In this document: positions 29,216 through 41,057 of the stretch, one piece after another
How positions within the stretch are numbered: position 1 is the stretch's first letter
How the letters are laid out: every line of letters starts with the position of its first letter
Assembly (NCBI GenBank): GCA_963803805.1
Contig: CAWDOD010000006.1
Coordinates: 237,561-301,560 of the forward strand
DNA: 64,000 nt
Direction of reading: 5' to 3'
Origin: an uncultured cyanobacterium
Lineage (GTDB): Bacteria; Cyanobacteriota; Cyanobacteriia; Cyanobacteriales; CAWCAG01
Notes under the pieces: model-generated
Database searches by the model: none
What the model was told of the DNA's origin: nothing
What the model saw: only the letters and a program-made list of their open reading frames with translations
Translations under genes and position numbers: made by a program

Positions 29216-30124
29216 ATGCTTTTGCAATCTTCTTCAGCGGTGCTTCCTTTTATTGGTTCGGAGGTAAATAAACCCTACAACCAAGCCCAGGCAGTTATTT
29301 TGCCTATTCCCTATGAAGCAACTACTACCTATCGAAAAGGCTGTAAACATGGGCCCGCCTCCATTCTCGAAGCCTCAGACCAACTGGAATATTATGACAT
29401 TGAACTAGACTGGGAGATTTGCTGGGATGTGGGCATCTATACCCACCCCCCTATAGCTGATAGTCGTGGTAGTCCTTTAATTACTCCAGAAGAGATGTTA
29501 CGAGTAACCAAAGAGATTATTTCATCCTTTATGACTGATGGTAAGTTCGTTATTACTTTAGGAGGAGAACATAGCATAACGGCGGGCATTGTCCAAGGCT
29601 ACCAAGAAATACTTCCAGAACCATTTACCGTAGTTCAAATTGATGCCCACGGAGATTTACGCTACGAATATGAAGGTTCTATTTATAACCATGCCTGTGT
29701 AATGCGACGTATAAAAGACATGGGTTTACCGACTCTTGGTGTAGGTATTCGTAGCATTTGTGCCGAAGAAGCCCAATTAATTAAAGAACAACAAATTCCT
29801 ATAATTTGGGCTAGGGATATAGCTGCTAAAAAAAATTGGTTAGAAGAGGCGATCGCACTTATTTCCACCCCCAAAGTATTTATTACCATTGATTTAGATG
29901 GTTTAGATCCCACTTTGATGCCAGGGGTAGGAACCCCAGAGCCTGGGGGACTAGAATGGTACTCCCTCACTAGTTTCTTAAGGCAAGTATTTGCTAACTA
30001 TGAAGTCATTGGTTGCGATGTAATGGAGTTAGCCCCAGTTGCCGACTCCGTTGTTTCTCAATTCAGTGCTGCTAAGCTAGTTTACAAATTAATTGGTTAT
30101 CAAGCTTTCTATAAAAACAACTAA
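29216..30124 (+). CDS. speB: agmatinase (ureohydrolase family)
   Basis: GGEHSI, DAHGD, DLDGLDP and GTPEPGG metal-binding motifs. Confidence 0.9.
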   Translation: MLLQSSSAVLPFIGSEVNKPYNQAQAVILPIPYEATTTYRKGCKHGPASILEASDQLEYYDIELDWEICWDVGIYTHPPIADSRGSPLITPEEMLRVTKEIISSFMTDGKFVITLGGEHSITAGIVQGYQEILPEPFTVVQIDAHGDLRYEYEGSIYNHACVMRRIKDMGLPTLGVGIRSICAEEAQLIKEQQIPIIWARDIAAKKNWLEEAIALISTPKVFITIDLDGLDPTLMPGVGTPEPGGLEWYSLTSFLRQVFANYEVIGCDVMELAPVADSVVSQFSAAKLVYKLIGYQAFYKNN

Positions 30125-30171
30125 TTTTTGCTTCTAAATCAATAATGAATGACTGATAAAAGGAAAAACCT

Positions 30172-30720
30172 ATGATCGTCGAGCCGCAAATCAGCCCTAT
30201 TGGTCAATATGCTCCAGACTTTGAACTTCCAGGAGTTGATGGCCAAGTTCATCATTTAGCCCGCTACTTAGAACAATTTGCTTTGGTAGGAGTGATTTTT
30301 CTGAGCAATCAATGTAAATATGTTAACCAATACCTTCCTTATTTAAAAGAAATTCAAGCTCAATTTAAACCCCAAAACTTTACTCTCATTGGTATCAACC
30401 CTAACGATAGCCAACAAATTCCTGAAGATAGTTTTGAGGAGATGAGAAGTTTTGCGACCCAAAATCAATTAAACTTTCCTTATCTACGAGATCCTAACCA
30501 AGATGTTGCTCGTGGTTTTCAAGCCCAAACTACAGCAGAAGCATTTCTGATTGATCAACAGGGCATACTAAGATATACAGGGGGAATTAAGAATAATCCG
30601 GAATCCCCAGACAGGGTGCAGAAGTCATATTTATATCAAGCGATCACCACTTTATTAAGTGGGGAAAACCTGGTAACAACCTCCACAAAAGCTATCGGTA
30701 GCCCTCTTAAGTGGCGCTAA
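30172..30720 (+). CDS. thioredoxin-fold AhpC/TSA-like redoxin with SxxC site
   Basis: APDFELPG and FPYLRD..QDVA motifs; SNQCKYV at the CxxC position. Confidence 0.85.
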   Translation: MIVEPQISPIGQYAPDFELPGVDGQVHHLARYLEQFALVGVIFLSNQCKYVNQYLPYLKEIQAQFKPQNFTLIGINPNDSQQIPEDSFEEMRSFATQNQLNFPYLRDPNQDVARGFQAQTTAEAFLIDQQGILRYTGGIKNNPESPDRVQKSYLYQAITTLLSGENLVTTSTKAIGSPLKWR

Positions 30721-30819
30721 AGTCATCACAATCACTTTAAAAAGATTGAATGGCGAAAAACTGGTATCTTAATGTGGAGGCTAACTAAAAACAACAATTA
30801 TTAGTCGCATTTTTCCTAG

Positions 30820-31542
30820 ATGACTTACCACCGGGTATTATTAAAACTAAGCGGCGAAGCCTTGATGGGTGACTTGGGTTATGGCATTGATCCCAAAGTT
30901 GTAGCCGACATCGCTCAAGAAATCTCAGAAGTTGTTAAAAGCGGCGTTCAAATGGCAATCGTCGTTGGCGGTGGCAACATTTTTCGTGGCGTGAAAGCTT
31001 CTGCTGCTGGCATGGATCGAGCAACGGCTGATTATGTTGGTATGATTGCTACGGTAATGAATGCCATGACTTTGCAAGATGCCCTAGAGCAAATTGGCAT
31101 ACCCACAAGGGTACAAACCGCCATCGCCATGCAAGAAATAGCTGAACCCTATATCCGACGGCGAGCAATCCGCCATTTGGAAAGAGGGCGAGTAGTGATT
31201 TTTGGTGCAGGTTCAGGGAACCCTTTCTTCACCACTGATACTACAGCCGCTCTAAGAGCTGCAGAAATTGATGCAGAGGTTATATTTAAAGGTACAAAAG
31301 TAGATGGGGTTTACGATTCAGATCCTGTAGTAAACCCCAAAGCTAAACGCTATTCTAGCCTTACCTACGGTCATGTTTTAGCTAAAGACCTACGGGTAAT
31401 GGATGGCACAGCGATCGCCCTATGCAAAGAGAACGACATTCCTATTGTAATATTTGACCTGTCAGTTAAGGGTAATATCATCCGTTCTGTACAGGGAGAA
31501 ACCATAGGAACAATTGTGGGAGGTTTCTGTGAAATTAAGTGA
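30820..31542 (+). CDS. pyrH: UMP kinase
   Basis: [17 protein letters not shown] and PFFTTDT motifs. Confidence 0.98.
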   Translation: MTYHRVLLKLSGEALMGDLGYGIDPKVVADIAQEISEVVKSGVQMAIVVGGGNIFRGVKASAAGMDRATADYVGMIATVMNAMTLQDALEQIGIPTRVQTAIAMQEIAEPYIRRRAIRHLERGRVVIFGAGSGNPFFTTDTTAALRAAEIDAEVIFKGTKVDGVYDSDPVVNPKAKRYSSLTYGHVLAKDLRVMDGTAIALCKENDIPIVIFDLSVKGNIIRSVQGETIGTIVGGFCEIK

Positions 31543-32077
31543 AGTTGAACAACAGATGCAAAAGACCATTGAATCAACTCAAAGGTCTTTTAATACTATT
31601 CGTACCGGTCGTGCTAGTACCAGCTTACTCGACCGGATCATGGTTGAGTACTATGGTATGGAGACACCATTAAAATCTTTGGCTAACATTAGCACTCCTG
31701 ATGCTAGTACTATTGCTATTCAAGCCTATGACAAAGGTAGTTTAGCTCAAATCGAAAAGGCCATTTCTATGTCTGACTTGGGCTTAACCCCCAACAATGA
31801 CGGCGAACTAATCCGCTTAAATATTCCCCCTTTAACAAGCGAACGGCGTAAAGAATTGGTCAAATTAACAGGGAAACTAGCAGAAGAGGGGAAAGTCGCT
31901 TTACGTAATATTCGTCGGGATGCTATTGATTCTGTTCGTAAGCAGGAAAAAGATAATCAAATTTCTGAAGACGAGTCTAGAGATTATCAAGATAACGTTC
32001 AGAAAGTTACTGACAAATATACTAGTAAGATTGATGCCTTACTAGCAGAAAAAGAAAAAGACATTACTTCTGTTTGA
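31529..32077 (+). CDS. frr: ribosome recycling factor
   Basis: [17 protein letters not shown] and RNIRRD motifs; GTG at 31529 with a GGAGG RBS overlaps the pyrH end. Confidence 0.97.
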   Translation: MKLSEVEQQMQKTIESTQRSFNTIRTGRASTSLLDRIMVEYYGMETPLKSLANISTPDASTIAIQAYDKGSLAQIEKAISMSDLGLTPNNDGELIRLNIPPLTSERRKELVKLTGKLAEEGKVALRNIRRDAIDSVRKQEKDNQISEDESRDYQDNVQKVTDKYTSKIDALLAEKEKDITSV

Positions 32078-32113
32078 TTTGATCAAGATGTACATTTTAA
32101 TACTTGGGTTTAT

Positions 32114-32171
32114 GCTAATGGCTAATAGCTAATAGCTAATGGCTAAGAGTTAATATTTTTTTACTCTTAGC
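32114..32171. repeat. STRR (GCTAATR) tract ending in the hairpin GCTAAGAGT...ACTCTTAGC
   Basis: five heptamers, then a 9-bp inverted repeat after frr. Confidence 0.65.
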
Positions 32172-32219
32172 TATTTTGCTTCAGATTGCAAAAAATAACT
32201 AACAAAACAAAATAATAAA

Positions 32220-33353
32220 ATGCTTGATTGCCTTATTGTGGGTGCTGGGCCTGCGGGAAGTACAGCCGCATATCATCTGGCCAAAAAAGGACATTCTGTC
32301 TTGGTTTTAGAAAAAGAAACCTTACCCCGCTATAAACCTTGTGGTGGTGGTGTTTCTCCTGCTGTTGCTCAGTGGTTTGACTTTGATTTTCAACCAGTTA
32401 TTACAGCTACAGTTAACCAAGTACGCTATAGCTGGAAATCAGGGGATGTTGTAGAAGTACCTTTAAACAGTCCTCAGCCTATGTGGATGGTACACAGAGA
32501 AGAATTTGACCAGTTTCTGATCGAGCGGGCTAAGGAGCAAGGAGCAGAGGTTAAACAAGGAACAGAAGTCACTGGAGTGGAAGCAAAGGAAGATAATGTT
32601 ACTGTAACCACTTCTACCGGAAGTTTTGATGCTCGTTATTTAATCGCCGCAGATGGAGCCAATGGCCCTTTAGCACCATGGTTAGGCTTAAAATCTAGTA
32701 AGCAGTGTTTAGCTGCTAGTTTAGAAATAGAAGCGACTGTTTCCCCAGAAAATAGTCAAACGGCTCACTTTGACTTCGGTTCCCTCAAAAATGGACAAAT
32801 TTGGCTCTTTCCTAAAGCCAATGGTTACTCAATTAGTGGGGGGTTTTTGGGGGGGAAAGGTAAGGAAAAGGAATTAGAAAAGCAATTAAAAAACTTTGCT
32901 ACTGGATTGGGTTTAGATATTAGCAATAGTAAGTACCACCAAAGCTGTATGAACCTGTGGACAGAAAACAAAACCCTACATACCTCAAACGCTCTTTTAG
33001 TAGGAGAAACTGCTGGTCTTGTCGATCCTCTTACTGCTGAAGGAATTCGTCCTTCCATATTTAGCGGCATGAAAGCAGCAGAAGCGATTGGTGAAGCTTT
33101 AGGAGGTAAAAGGGAAGCTTTAGGGGAGTATACCAAAGTTATTGAACAAGAATGGGGTTCTGATTGAGTTCTTGCTCAACGTCTGGCAGGATTGTTTTAT
33201 AAATTTCCTAAAATTGCTTACAAAGTGGGAGTTAAAAGACCTAGCGCCGGTCAACTAATGAGTAAAGTTCTCTGTGGAGAATTGCGTTACTCTGATGTAA
33301 CTGAAAAGGCCATGCAACGTTTTAAAAGCAGTTTGATACCAGGGCGAGGTTGA
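32220..33353 (+). pseudogene. geranylgeranyl reductase family FAD oxidoreductase with an in-frame TGA at 33165-33167
   Basis: GAGPAG, PRYKPCGGG and DPLTAEGI motifs; frame continues VLAQRLAGLFYKFP...IPGRG to TGA at 33351-33353. Confidence 0.8.
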
Positions 33354-33417
33354 GATTAACAGGTTGACTAGGAGATGGGGAGAAGTAATAACTAAAGAAT
33401 GTACTATTGCCTATTTA

Positions 33418-34429
33418 ACGTGAGTTCGACGGAGGAAAAAGAGAGAAAAGAAAAGCATCAGAGGTATGCTGAAAATGAATCTTAATCAGAATCTGATGCT
33501 ATGTCCAATATTGTATCTCGTCTCGATATCACCCAAATATTCTGTCAGGTAGATGACTTTTATCAAAGGTTTGAGAGGCATTGGCAACAACAGCCAATGT
33601 TAACAGCAACTTGTGGAGAGCGTCTATGTCGCTCCCGCCTAAGCCTAAGCGAAGTGATGACCATTGTCATTGCCTTTCATGGTTCGGGATTTCGCACTTT
33701 TAAAGAATTTTACACTCTACAAGTCTTGCCTTACTGGAAGAAAGCTTTTCCCAACTTGGTCAGTTACACTCGATTCGTAGAGCTAATGCCGTGGAGCTTA
33801 ATGCTTCTTTGCTGTTTTCTACATACTCTTCGAGGAGAAATTACCGGCATCAGCTTTATTGATTCTACCCCCATTGAGGTCTGCCACCCGAATCGCTCCA
33901 AAAGCCACCGTGTTTTTGAAGGTTTGGTAGGTTGGGGCAAAAATGCTATGGGATGGCATTATGGCTTCAAGCTACATCTAATTATTAATGACAAAGGTGA
34001 GCTGCTTGCTTTCAAACTTACAGAGGGTAATACTGATGACCGTAACCCTGTGCCAGATATGGCTGATGGCTTGATTGGTAAGTTATTTGGCGACCGAGGT
34101 TATATTTCTCAGGATTTGTTTGAGAAACTCTATGAACAAAGACTACAACTGATTACACACCGCAAGAAAAATATGAAGCCGAAGTTAATGCGTCTTCAGG
34201 ATAAGATTCTCCTACGTAAGCGTTCTCTGATTGAGACTGTTAATGACCAGCTCAAGAATATCTGTCAGATTCAGCATTCAAGACACCGTAGCGTTTGGAA
34301 TTTTTTGGTTAATCTCTTAGCTGGTCTAATCGCTTATACTTTCTTGCCCAAAAAGCCTTCCCTTGACCTTGACCCCAAAGGCCTAGCTGAACTTCCTTCT
34401 GCTGTTTTTTAACTTCATCGAACTCACGT
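33418..34429 (+). mobile_element. complete IS982-family insertion sequence (1012 bp)
   Basis: terminal IR ACGTGAGTTCGA / TCGAACTCACGT; 6-bp direct repeat TATTTA at 33412-33417 and 34430-34435. Confidence 0.95.
33501..34412 (+). CDS. IS982-family DDE transposase
   Basis: FIDSTP, GWHYGFKLHL, LFGDRGYIS, IETVNDQLK and HSRHRS motifs. Confidence 0.95.
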   Translation: MSNIVSRLDITQIFCQVDDFYQRFERHWQQQPMLTATCGERLCRSRLSLSEVMTIVIAFHGSGFRTFKEFYTLQVLPYWKKAFPNLVSYTRFVELMPWSLMLLCCFLHTLRGEITGISFIDSTPIEVCHPNRSKSHRVFEGLVGWGKNAMGWHYGFKLHLIINDKGELLAFKLTEGNTDDRNPVPDMADGLIGKLFGDRGYISQDLFEKLYEQRLQLITHRKKNMKPKLMRLQDKILLRKRSLIETVNDQLKNICQIQHSRHRSVWNFLVNLLAGLIAYTFLPKKPSLDLDPKGLAELPSAVF

Positions 34430-34445
34430 TATTTACTATTCTCTG

Positions 34446-36245
34446 TCAAAACTGATAACCTGCTCGAAAATAGAAGCCATTATCTTGGGCATTTTCTCCC
34501 CGATCCTCTAGATCAATTAAAGGTACACCGTAATCGAGTCGTATATTAAAATTCGGTAGCGGTGTCCAAAGAATTCCTGCACCAATGCCCATAATAAAGG
34601 TTTGATCTGGTAAAGGATTACTGTTTTGCTCAGAATTCCAGACCCAACCAAGATCCAAAAAGGGAGCAAATTGAAAAGTAGGAATTCCTGCTTCATCTCT
34701 TTCTAAGGTAATCCTATCTTCCACAGAAAAGCGTACCCCACTATCTCCGGCGCGGACATTTTGGCGAAAACCTCGTACCGATTGCCCACCACCAATGACA
34801 AATTGTTGGGAAGAAAGTAAGCCATCTCCAGCTAGTTGTACATCCAGCGAACCAATGAGAAAGTTGTTTTCATTAATAACCTGAACCCTTTGAATTTGAC
34901 CCAACCAACTAAAAAATTGACCGTCAGGCAGTCTAGGTTCGGAGTTTTCTGTAGCCCCAAATAGTGCTGTACCTATGCTAAGTTGGGATCTAAAAGCCCA
35001 AGACCCAGAGGGTTGGCGCAATAAATAATCTTGACCAAATTTGAAAACACTGGTGGTAGTAATCCCTTCATCATTAGGCCCAAAACCAAAAGGAGTTGGT
35101 CCAGCAAAGGTAAAAGTTTGGCCGTCTTGATAGGTGAAACCTAAAGATAAAGCTAGTTCTTCACGGGGTGTTCTAACTAAAGGTTGGCGATAACTAACTT
35201 CATATAATTCTGATTCTCCCCTAATACCTAGTGCCTTAAAATCTTCTATGACTACTTCATTGCGGTTCAAAGAAGCCCTCAACTGTACTGTGCCATTCAT
35301 GGGGTTAACAGGCAAGCGATAGCTTACATCTAAGGTGTCTGCCCCGTTCCTCGTTGTGTGGCTAAAAGCAACCCCTAAGCTATCTCCGTTACCGGTGAGG
35401 TTGGCATTACTGAGGTTAGCGACTATTCTTTCTGAACCAACACTAGGGGGAGAATAGTTATCAATGCTTAGACCCCCTGACCAGGGATTAGCTTCTGTTA
35501 CCCTAACTACTAAAATAGATTGGCTAGGATTGCTACCAGTACGGAGATTAGCTTCTACATTATCTAAAAGGGGATCAGCCCGTAGCAGGCGTAGTTGATC
35601 TTCCAAGTCGCTGGTATTTAAGGGTTTACCAGTTCCTAATTCCACGCGCCCACGTATGTAACCCTCTTTTAAGCGTTCAGTTCCTTCAATTTCAATAGCT
35701 TCCAAGCTACCTTCAACCACCTGAATTGTTACAGTACCGTCAGGAGTAATGTTGTTTTGGTCTAAAATTGCCCTAGAAGTAATGTAGCCTTGTTCTAAAT
35801 AGCGCTGGGTAATGGCATCGGTGGCTTCTTGGAGTTGTTGTAAAGTGACATTGCGATTTAGTAAAGGTTGGATAATATTTGCTAAATCATCTTCTTCAAA
35901 AATGCTTGTACCACTAACGATAATTGTTTTGACAGCAATGGTATCTGAGTCTTCTGGTTGGGGAGAATCTTCGGGGAGAGTTGGGGGAGATTCAGAAGGA
36001 GTCACTTCTTCTGAATCTGGTAAGGGAGAAACAGGAGGCTGAGGTTGGAGAAAGCGTTCTTCATTGGGGTCAGGTTTTTGAGCTTGGTAAGAAGTAGTAG
36101 ATGGTTTAGCTAATACTGTCTGGGGGCAAAAACAAAGCAATACCCAAGTAAGTAAAGCTGATTTATATACCTGATTAGAAAAGTTTTTTGAGGCTCTTTG
36201 AGTAGCGATGGCTACTTGCCCAAAGAACTTAAATTTTTCGCTCAT
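34446..36245 (-). CDS. ShlB/FhaC/HecB family TpsB transporter
   Basis: POTRA domains (YLEQGYITSRA); IGGGQSVRGF loop; C-terminal YQF. Confidence 0.94.
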   Translation of the reverse strand: MSEKFKFFGQVAIATQRASKNFSNQVYKSALLTWVLLCFCPQTVLAKPSTTSYQAQKPDPNEERFLQPQPPVSPLPDSEEVTPSESPPTLPEDSPQPEDSDTIAVKTIIVSGTSIFEEDDLANIIQPLLNRNVTLQQLQEATDAITQRYLEQGYITSRAILDQNNITPDGTVTIQVVEGSLEAIEIEGTERLKEGYIRGRVELGTGKPLNTSDLEDQLRLLRADPLLDNVEANLRTGSNPSQSILVVRVTEANPWSGGLSIDNYSPPSVGSERIVANLSNANLTGNGDSLGVAFSHTTRNGADTLDVSYRLPVNPMNGTVQLRASLNRNEVVIEDFKALGIRGESELYEVSYRQPLVRTPREELALSLGFTYQDGQTFTFAGPTPFGFGPNDEGITTTSVFKFGQDYLLRQPSGSWAFRSQLSIGTALFGATENSEPRLPDGQFFSWLGQIQRVQVINENNFLIGSLDVQLAGDGLLSSQQFVIGGGQSVRGFRQNVRAGDSGVRFSVEDRITLERDEAGIPTFQFAPFLDLGWVWNSEQNSNPLPDQTFIMGIGAGILWTPLPNFNIRLDYGVPLIDLEDRGENAQDNGFYFRAGYQF

Positions 36246-36625
36246 TTTAATTAATTTTTATAACTAAGTTATTGACTTTTGGCTCCAATACCTCTAAGTA
36301 AACCCTTAATACACAAATGAAGTAGTTAAGTAAAAAAGCAACTATTTTGTTTCTTAATAGTAAAAGCAATCGAACTACTTCTAAAGATTATAAACGGCTC
36401 GAATAGATAATAACCTAGCTTCACATTATCACCCTGATGGTGGTGACGGAGGTTGTTAATCAATGTTCCAACAAGTTCACTACCAAAAGTAACTGTTTCT
36501 AACTTTAGATATACAGGGTTTATATTTTGATTGATCGATAAGATTTTCAAGGATTTGGCTATCATCAGTTTGGTGCAAATCATAGAAATAATTAAAGAAT
36601 CTTAACTAATTAATCAGCAAATAAC

Positions 36626-39539
36626 TTAAGAGCTAATACATCTACCAACTATTTGAGAAGCAGCTTCCTTATCTACAGCTTTAGCAAAAAGATAGCCTTG
36701 GCCAAAATTGCAGCTTAACTGTTGTAATTTCTCTTTTTGAGCATTAGTTTCTATTCCTTCAGCAACTACATCCATTCCCAAGCTATGGGCTAATGTAACA
36801 ATTGTTTGAACAATAGCTGTATGACTACTATCTAAAGTTAAACGGCTTACAAAAGAACGATTTATTTTTAAGGTATCAATGGGGAATTCATGGAGGCGGC
36901 TGAGAGAAGAGTAACCCGTACCAAAATCATCAATACAAATTTTTATACCTAATTTTTTTAGCTTTTTAATCATAGAAGCAGCAAATGAGATAGTTTCTAA
37001 AAAACAACTCTCTGTAATTTCTAGTTTAATAAAAGAACTATTAGCTCCAGTTTCTTGCAAAATACTAGCCATTTGCTCTACGAAGTCGGTTTGCTTCAAT
37101 TGTACTCCCGAAATATTAACATTAATTGTCAAAGGAAAAGCTGAGCTAAATTCATTTTGCCACTCTACTAATTGCCTACAGGCTTCTCTAAATATCCATA
37201 AACCTAAAGGATTAATTAAACCAGTTTCTTCAGCAACAGGAATAATTTCATGGGGAGAAATCCAACTCCCAGATGGATGCTGCCAGCGTAGCAAAGATTC
37301 AAAACTATGAAGATTGCCATCAGCAAGAGAAATAATAGGTTGATAATAAAGATGGAATTCTTCTCTGCGTAAGGCATAACGTAAATCGTTTTCCAACTTT
37401 AACCGAGCCATTGCTCCAGTTTTCATGGCTGGCTTAAATACTGCATAACGGGGCTTTTCCTTGAGCCTTAGCATGATACATTGCTGTATCTACATCTCTG
37501 AGTAAATCTATTGCTTTTCCATAGCCAACATTACTGTAAGTAATGCCAATACTAGCAGTAGCAAATACTTCATGATCTTCTAAAAGAAAAGGATATCTAA
37601 GTTGTAATTCAATCTTTTTTGCAATAGGAATACTCTGCTCAACTCGCTCTTTTCCCTCTAGTAAGATAGCAAATTCATCTCCTCCTAAACGAGCAAGAAT
37701 ATCGTTGCATTGGAGACAATCTTGTAAACGAAAAACAACTCTTTTAATTAAGTCGTCTCCCACAAGATGGCCAAAGCTATCATTGACGAGTTTAAAGCGG
37801 TCTAAATCGATAAAAAGTACAGCATAGTCACAATCTTTCTTTTGGTAAGCTTGGTTCATAACTTTTTTTAAATGTTTAATAAACCAAGTACGGTTAGGTA
37901 ATCCAGTTAAACTGTCATGAAAAGCTTGATGAACAAGTTTCTCTTCTGTGCGACGGCGAGAAGTAATATCTTCTAAAGTACCTTCGTAGTAAAGTAATTT
38001 TCCTGCTTTGTTACACACTGCACGGACATTTTCAGAAACCCAAATTTTTTTTCTATCTCTGTTGTAAGCTTGATATTCATAACCCGATATAGAGCCGTAC
38101 GTTTTGATTAATTGAGACAGTTTATAACGCTGTTGAGGGTCTACGTAAATTTGCTCTCCTATATCAGTAACACTATTAATTAATTCATCAGCAGAATCAT
38201 AACCTAAGATATTTGCTAAAGCTGGGTTTGCACTCAAATATCGCCCTTCTGGTGTGCTTTGAAAAATTCCTTGAGTTATATTCTCAAAAATATTGCGATA
38301 CTTAACTTCCGTTTCCCGCAGAACATTTTCTACTTTTTTGCGTTCTGTAATTTCTCTAGAAACAGCAATAATTTCTTGGATTTTACCTGTAGTATCTTGA
38401 ACAACTTTTGATTTACTTTCTAACCAAACATAGTAACCAGCTTTGTGACGCATTCGGTAAGTAACTGTGTCTGTAACTAGGTTTTTGAGAATAGTTTTGT
38501 GAGAGCGCCTAATAGTTGGTATATCATCAGGATGAAACAAATTATAAGTATAAAAATTAGTTAATTCTTCTGGTTCGTATCCCAGCAAAGTTCGGCAAGC
38601 AGGAGAAGCATAAATATAAGCACCATTGAGATGGTGACGAGAAATCATATCTGTAGCATTTTCTGCTAGAAGCCGATAGCGTTCTTCACTTTCTTGTAAG
38701 GCAATTTCTGTTTCCTTACGTTCAGTTATATTTCTAACAATTGAGAGAACTTTATTTTGGGTAGCGAGGAAAATTCTCGCTTCAAAATATTTTATCTGCT
38801 TGCCAAACTGGAGTTGATATTCCAAAACTTGGGTTTTACCAAATTGAAATACTTGTTCAATTTTATTCATGATTGCTTGTGCTATCTCAACGGGAAAAAC
38901 TTCAGAGATTTTTTTTCCCACAAGTTCCGTTGCTGAAATGATAAAATCTTCTTCATGATTAGCGTGATAGTCTAAATAAGTTCCGTCTCTACTATTGAGG
39001 AAAATTAAATCAGGAAGGGTTTTAAAGATAGAAAAATTCCTGTTGTTATAATTCAGTAATAGAGATATTGCTTGATTGGGATTTGATAGCGGTTCTACTA
39101 TAGCTTCTACCAAAATTCCTAAATCTCCAGAATCTAGTTCAATGTCAGAAGATAAATAATATAAAGTTACAGGTTGATCGAAGTTATCAAATCTATGTTG
39201 TGCGGCTACATAATCCCCTTGCCGGAATTTAGCTAAATATCCCTGTAGGTTTATTTGAATAGTCTGGATATAACTGCTCCAATCAAGGTTAAGGAATTCT
39301 TCTAAGCTAGAAGTATGCCATAACTTTTGAGCCGCCTGATTAGCCCAAAAGATTCTCATTTGAGAGGTATTAATAATCCAGATTGGTGTCTGAAGGATAT
39401 CAAAAAATCTAAGCTCCACAGGAGGAAAATTAGAATTACCTATTTTGAGCATTAGGGGAAAGAGCGATCGCTCTTTTTTTAATAGTGAACGGTGATTGCT
39501 TGTAAAAAATATCCAGATCAGAAGAAAATTTTCATACAA
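36626..39539 (-). pseudogene. multi-PAS GGDEF-EAL protein split by a +1 frameshift at 37450-37453
   Basis: removing one base of the run restores AKAQGKARYAVF; GGDEF intact; ESL and DDFGTGYSS present; start uncertain. Confidence 0.85.
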
Positions 39540-39693
39540 GCAAATTGATAGCTCTTCAATCAGTGCATTTACATATAACCTATGGTGAGACTAATATGGC
39601 AGTTTAGTGTGATTTCCATGATCTCATTAGTTACCAAGGGTGCTTTCCTATAGTCACTTTATACCTTTTTCTAGAAGCAAAAACACTCTTATT

Positions 39694-40976
39694 ATGATAT
39701 ATATCAATCGCTTTTGGACTGCTAGTTTACTTCTTGCCAGTCTGCTAAGTGGTGTCACAGGATGTAGCAGTTTACAAGTAAACCAAGAGTCTCCTGATGA
39801 AAATGTAGTAAATGCAACAAATGCTAGTTCTGCTGTAAAACCAAGTCCTCTACCAGAACCAGAAATCCCTATCGTTGCTGTCAGTCTAGGGGAAGAATCG
39901 AACCAAAGCGATGTTAATGCTTCTTTAACAGCAGTTCCCTTAGATAAAGACCAAGCTACTGAATTTCTGGATATTCGAGGAGTTGGCGATGCGGCTATGG
40001 CTAATACTCACCAACAGCCTTTACCAGCTACTTTTGGTCAAAAACTTGATGCTTTTGACCCGACAGGTAAATCTTATCGCGGGGATTCTCTCTTTTATCA
40101 ATTGGGAAACTACGGTAGGAACCCGTTGCAATCAATTTTGGTCTGCTTTAGGCCCAAGTTCTTTTGCTTTTATGTCCCATCCCGATAATATAGTGGATAT
40201 GTATCAACGGGGTTTTAATCTCATTGGTTTAGCTAACAACCATGCTAGGGATTGTCCTAATGCCGAAGATGGGGAAAACGGTGCAAAAGTTTCGGCTGAC
40301 CATCTAGAATCTTTAAGCCAAGGGACTGCTGCGGAATGGCTTTGGCATGGTGTGGGAACTCAAAAGGAAGCCCAAGTTAAAACTTTAAATATTAAAGGTC
40401 GCCCAGTCAGAGTTGCCTTTGCAAGTATCTATTTAGCTGATGGAGACTGTACCTACGTTACTTGTAGGGCTGATAAGAAGACTGTACTACGTTCCCTGCG
40501 AGATGCCGATGCAGATATTCGTATCCTCTCTATTCATAGTTGGACAGCCCAAACTCAACAGGAATTAGTTAATACTGGAGTGGAGTTTATTCAATACTAC
40601 GATGGCGATGTTGTTTTTGGCCATTGGTCCTCACGTTTGGAAGCCTGTACGTATTGTCGAATCTTCCCGTGGCAAAAAAGGAGTATTGTTTGAAAGTTTA
40701 GGTAATTTTATTCACCCTGCCCTTTTACCTAAAGCAGAAAATATAATTGGCAGGGCTTTATTTGATTTAGATACTTTTAAATTAGCCCAGGTACAAGTTA
40801 TTTCCATTGCCGTTAATCGAGTTAATGTTAGTTTTGCTAATGCTCCTAATCCTACAGCTTTACCTGCTAACTTAACTTGGCAACTTATTAGCGATCCTAA
40901 CTGGCAAAGTGGTGTTAATTCTGGGGTTAAGGGGGCTTATTCTAACATTACGAAGGGAGCAGGGAGCAGGGAGTAG
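39694..40976 (+). pseudogene. CapA/PgsA-family metallophosphoesterase lipoprotein split by two +1 frameshifts
   Basis: lipobox VTGC; ANNH, SIH, GHGPHV and SLGNF motifs spread across three frames; extra T at 40086-40087 and at 40624-40625. Confidence 0.82.
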
Positions 40977-41057
40977 GGAGTAGGAGGAGTGAGAACTTTT
41001 TTCTCAGTTTTATAGAGGCATTTTGTGAGGTTGATTCAGTATAATATCAACGTCTGT

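Noticed and set aside
33165-33167. Selenocysteine recoding of the TGA
   Set aside because: No evident SECIS hairpin, and the position does not look like a catalytic Cys site.
36326-36583. 85-aa minus-strand ORF between tpsB and the EAL gene
   Set aside because: AT-rich intergenic sequence with no motifs or clear RBS.
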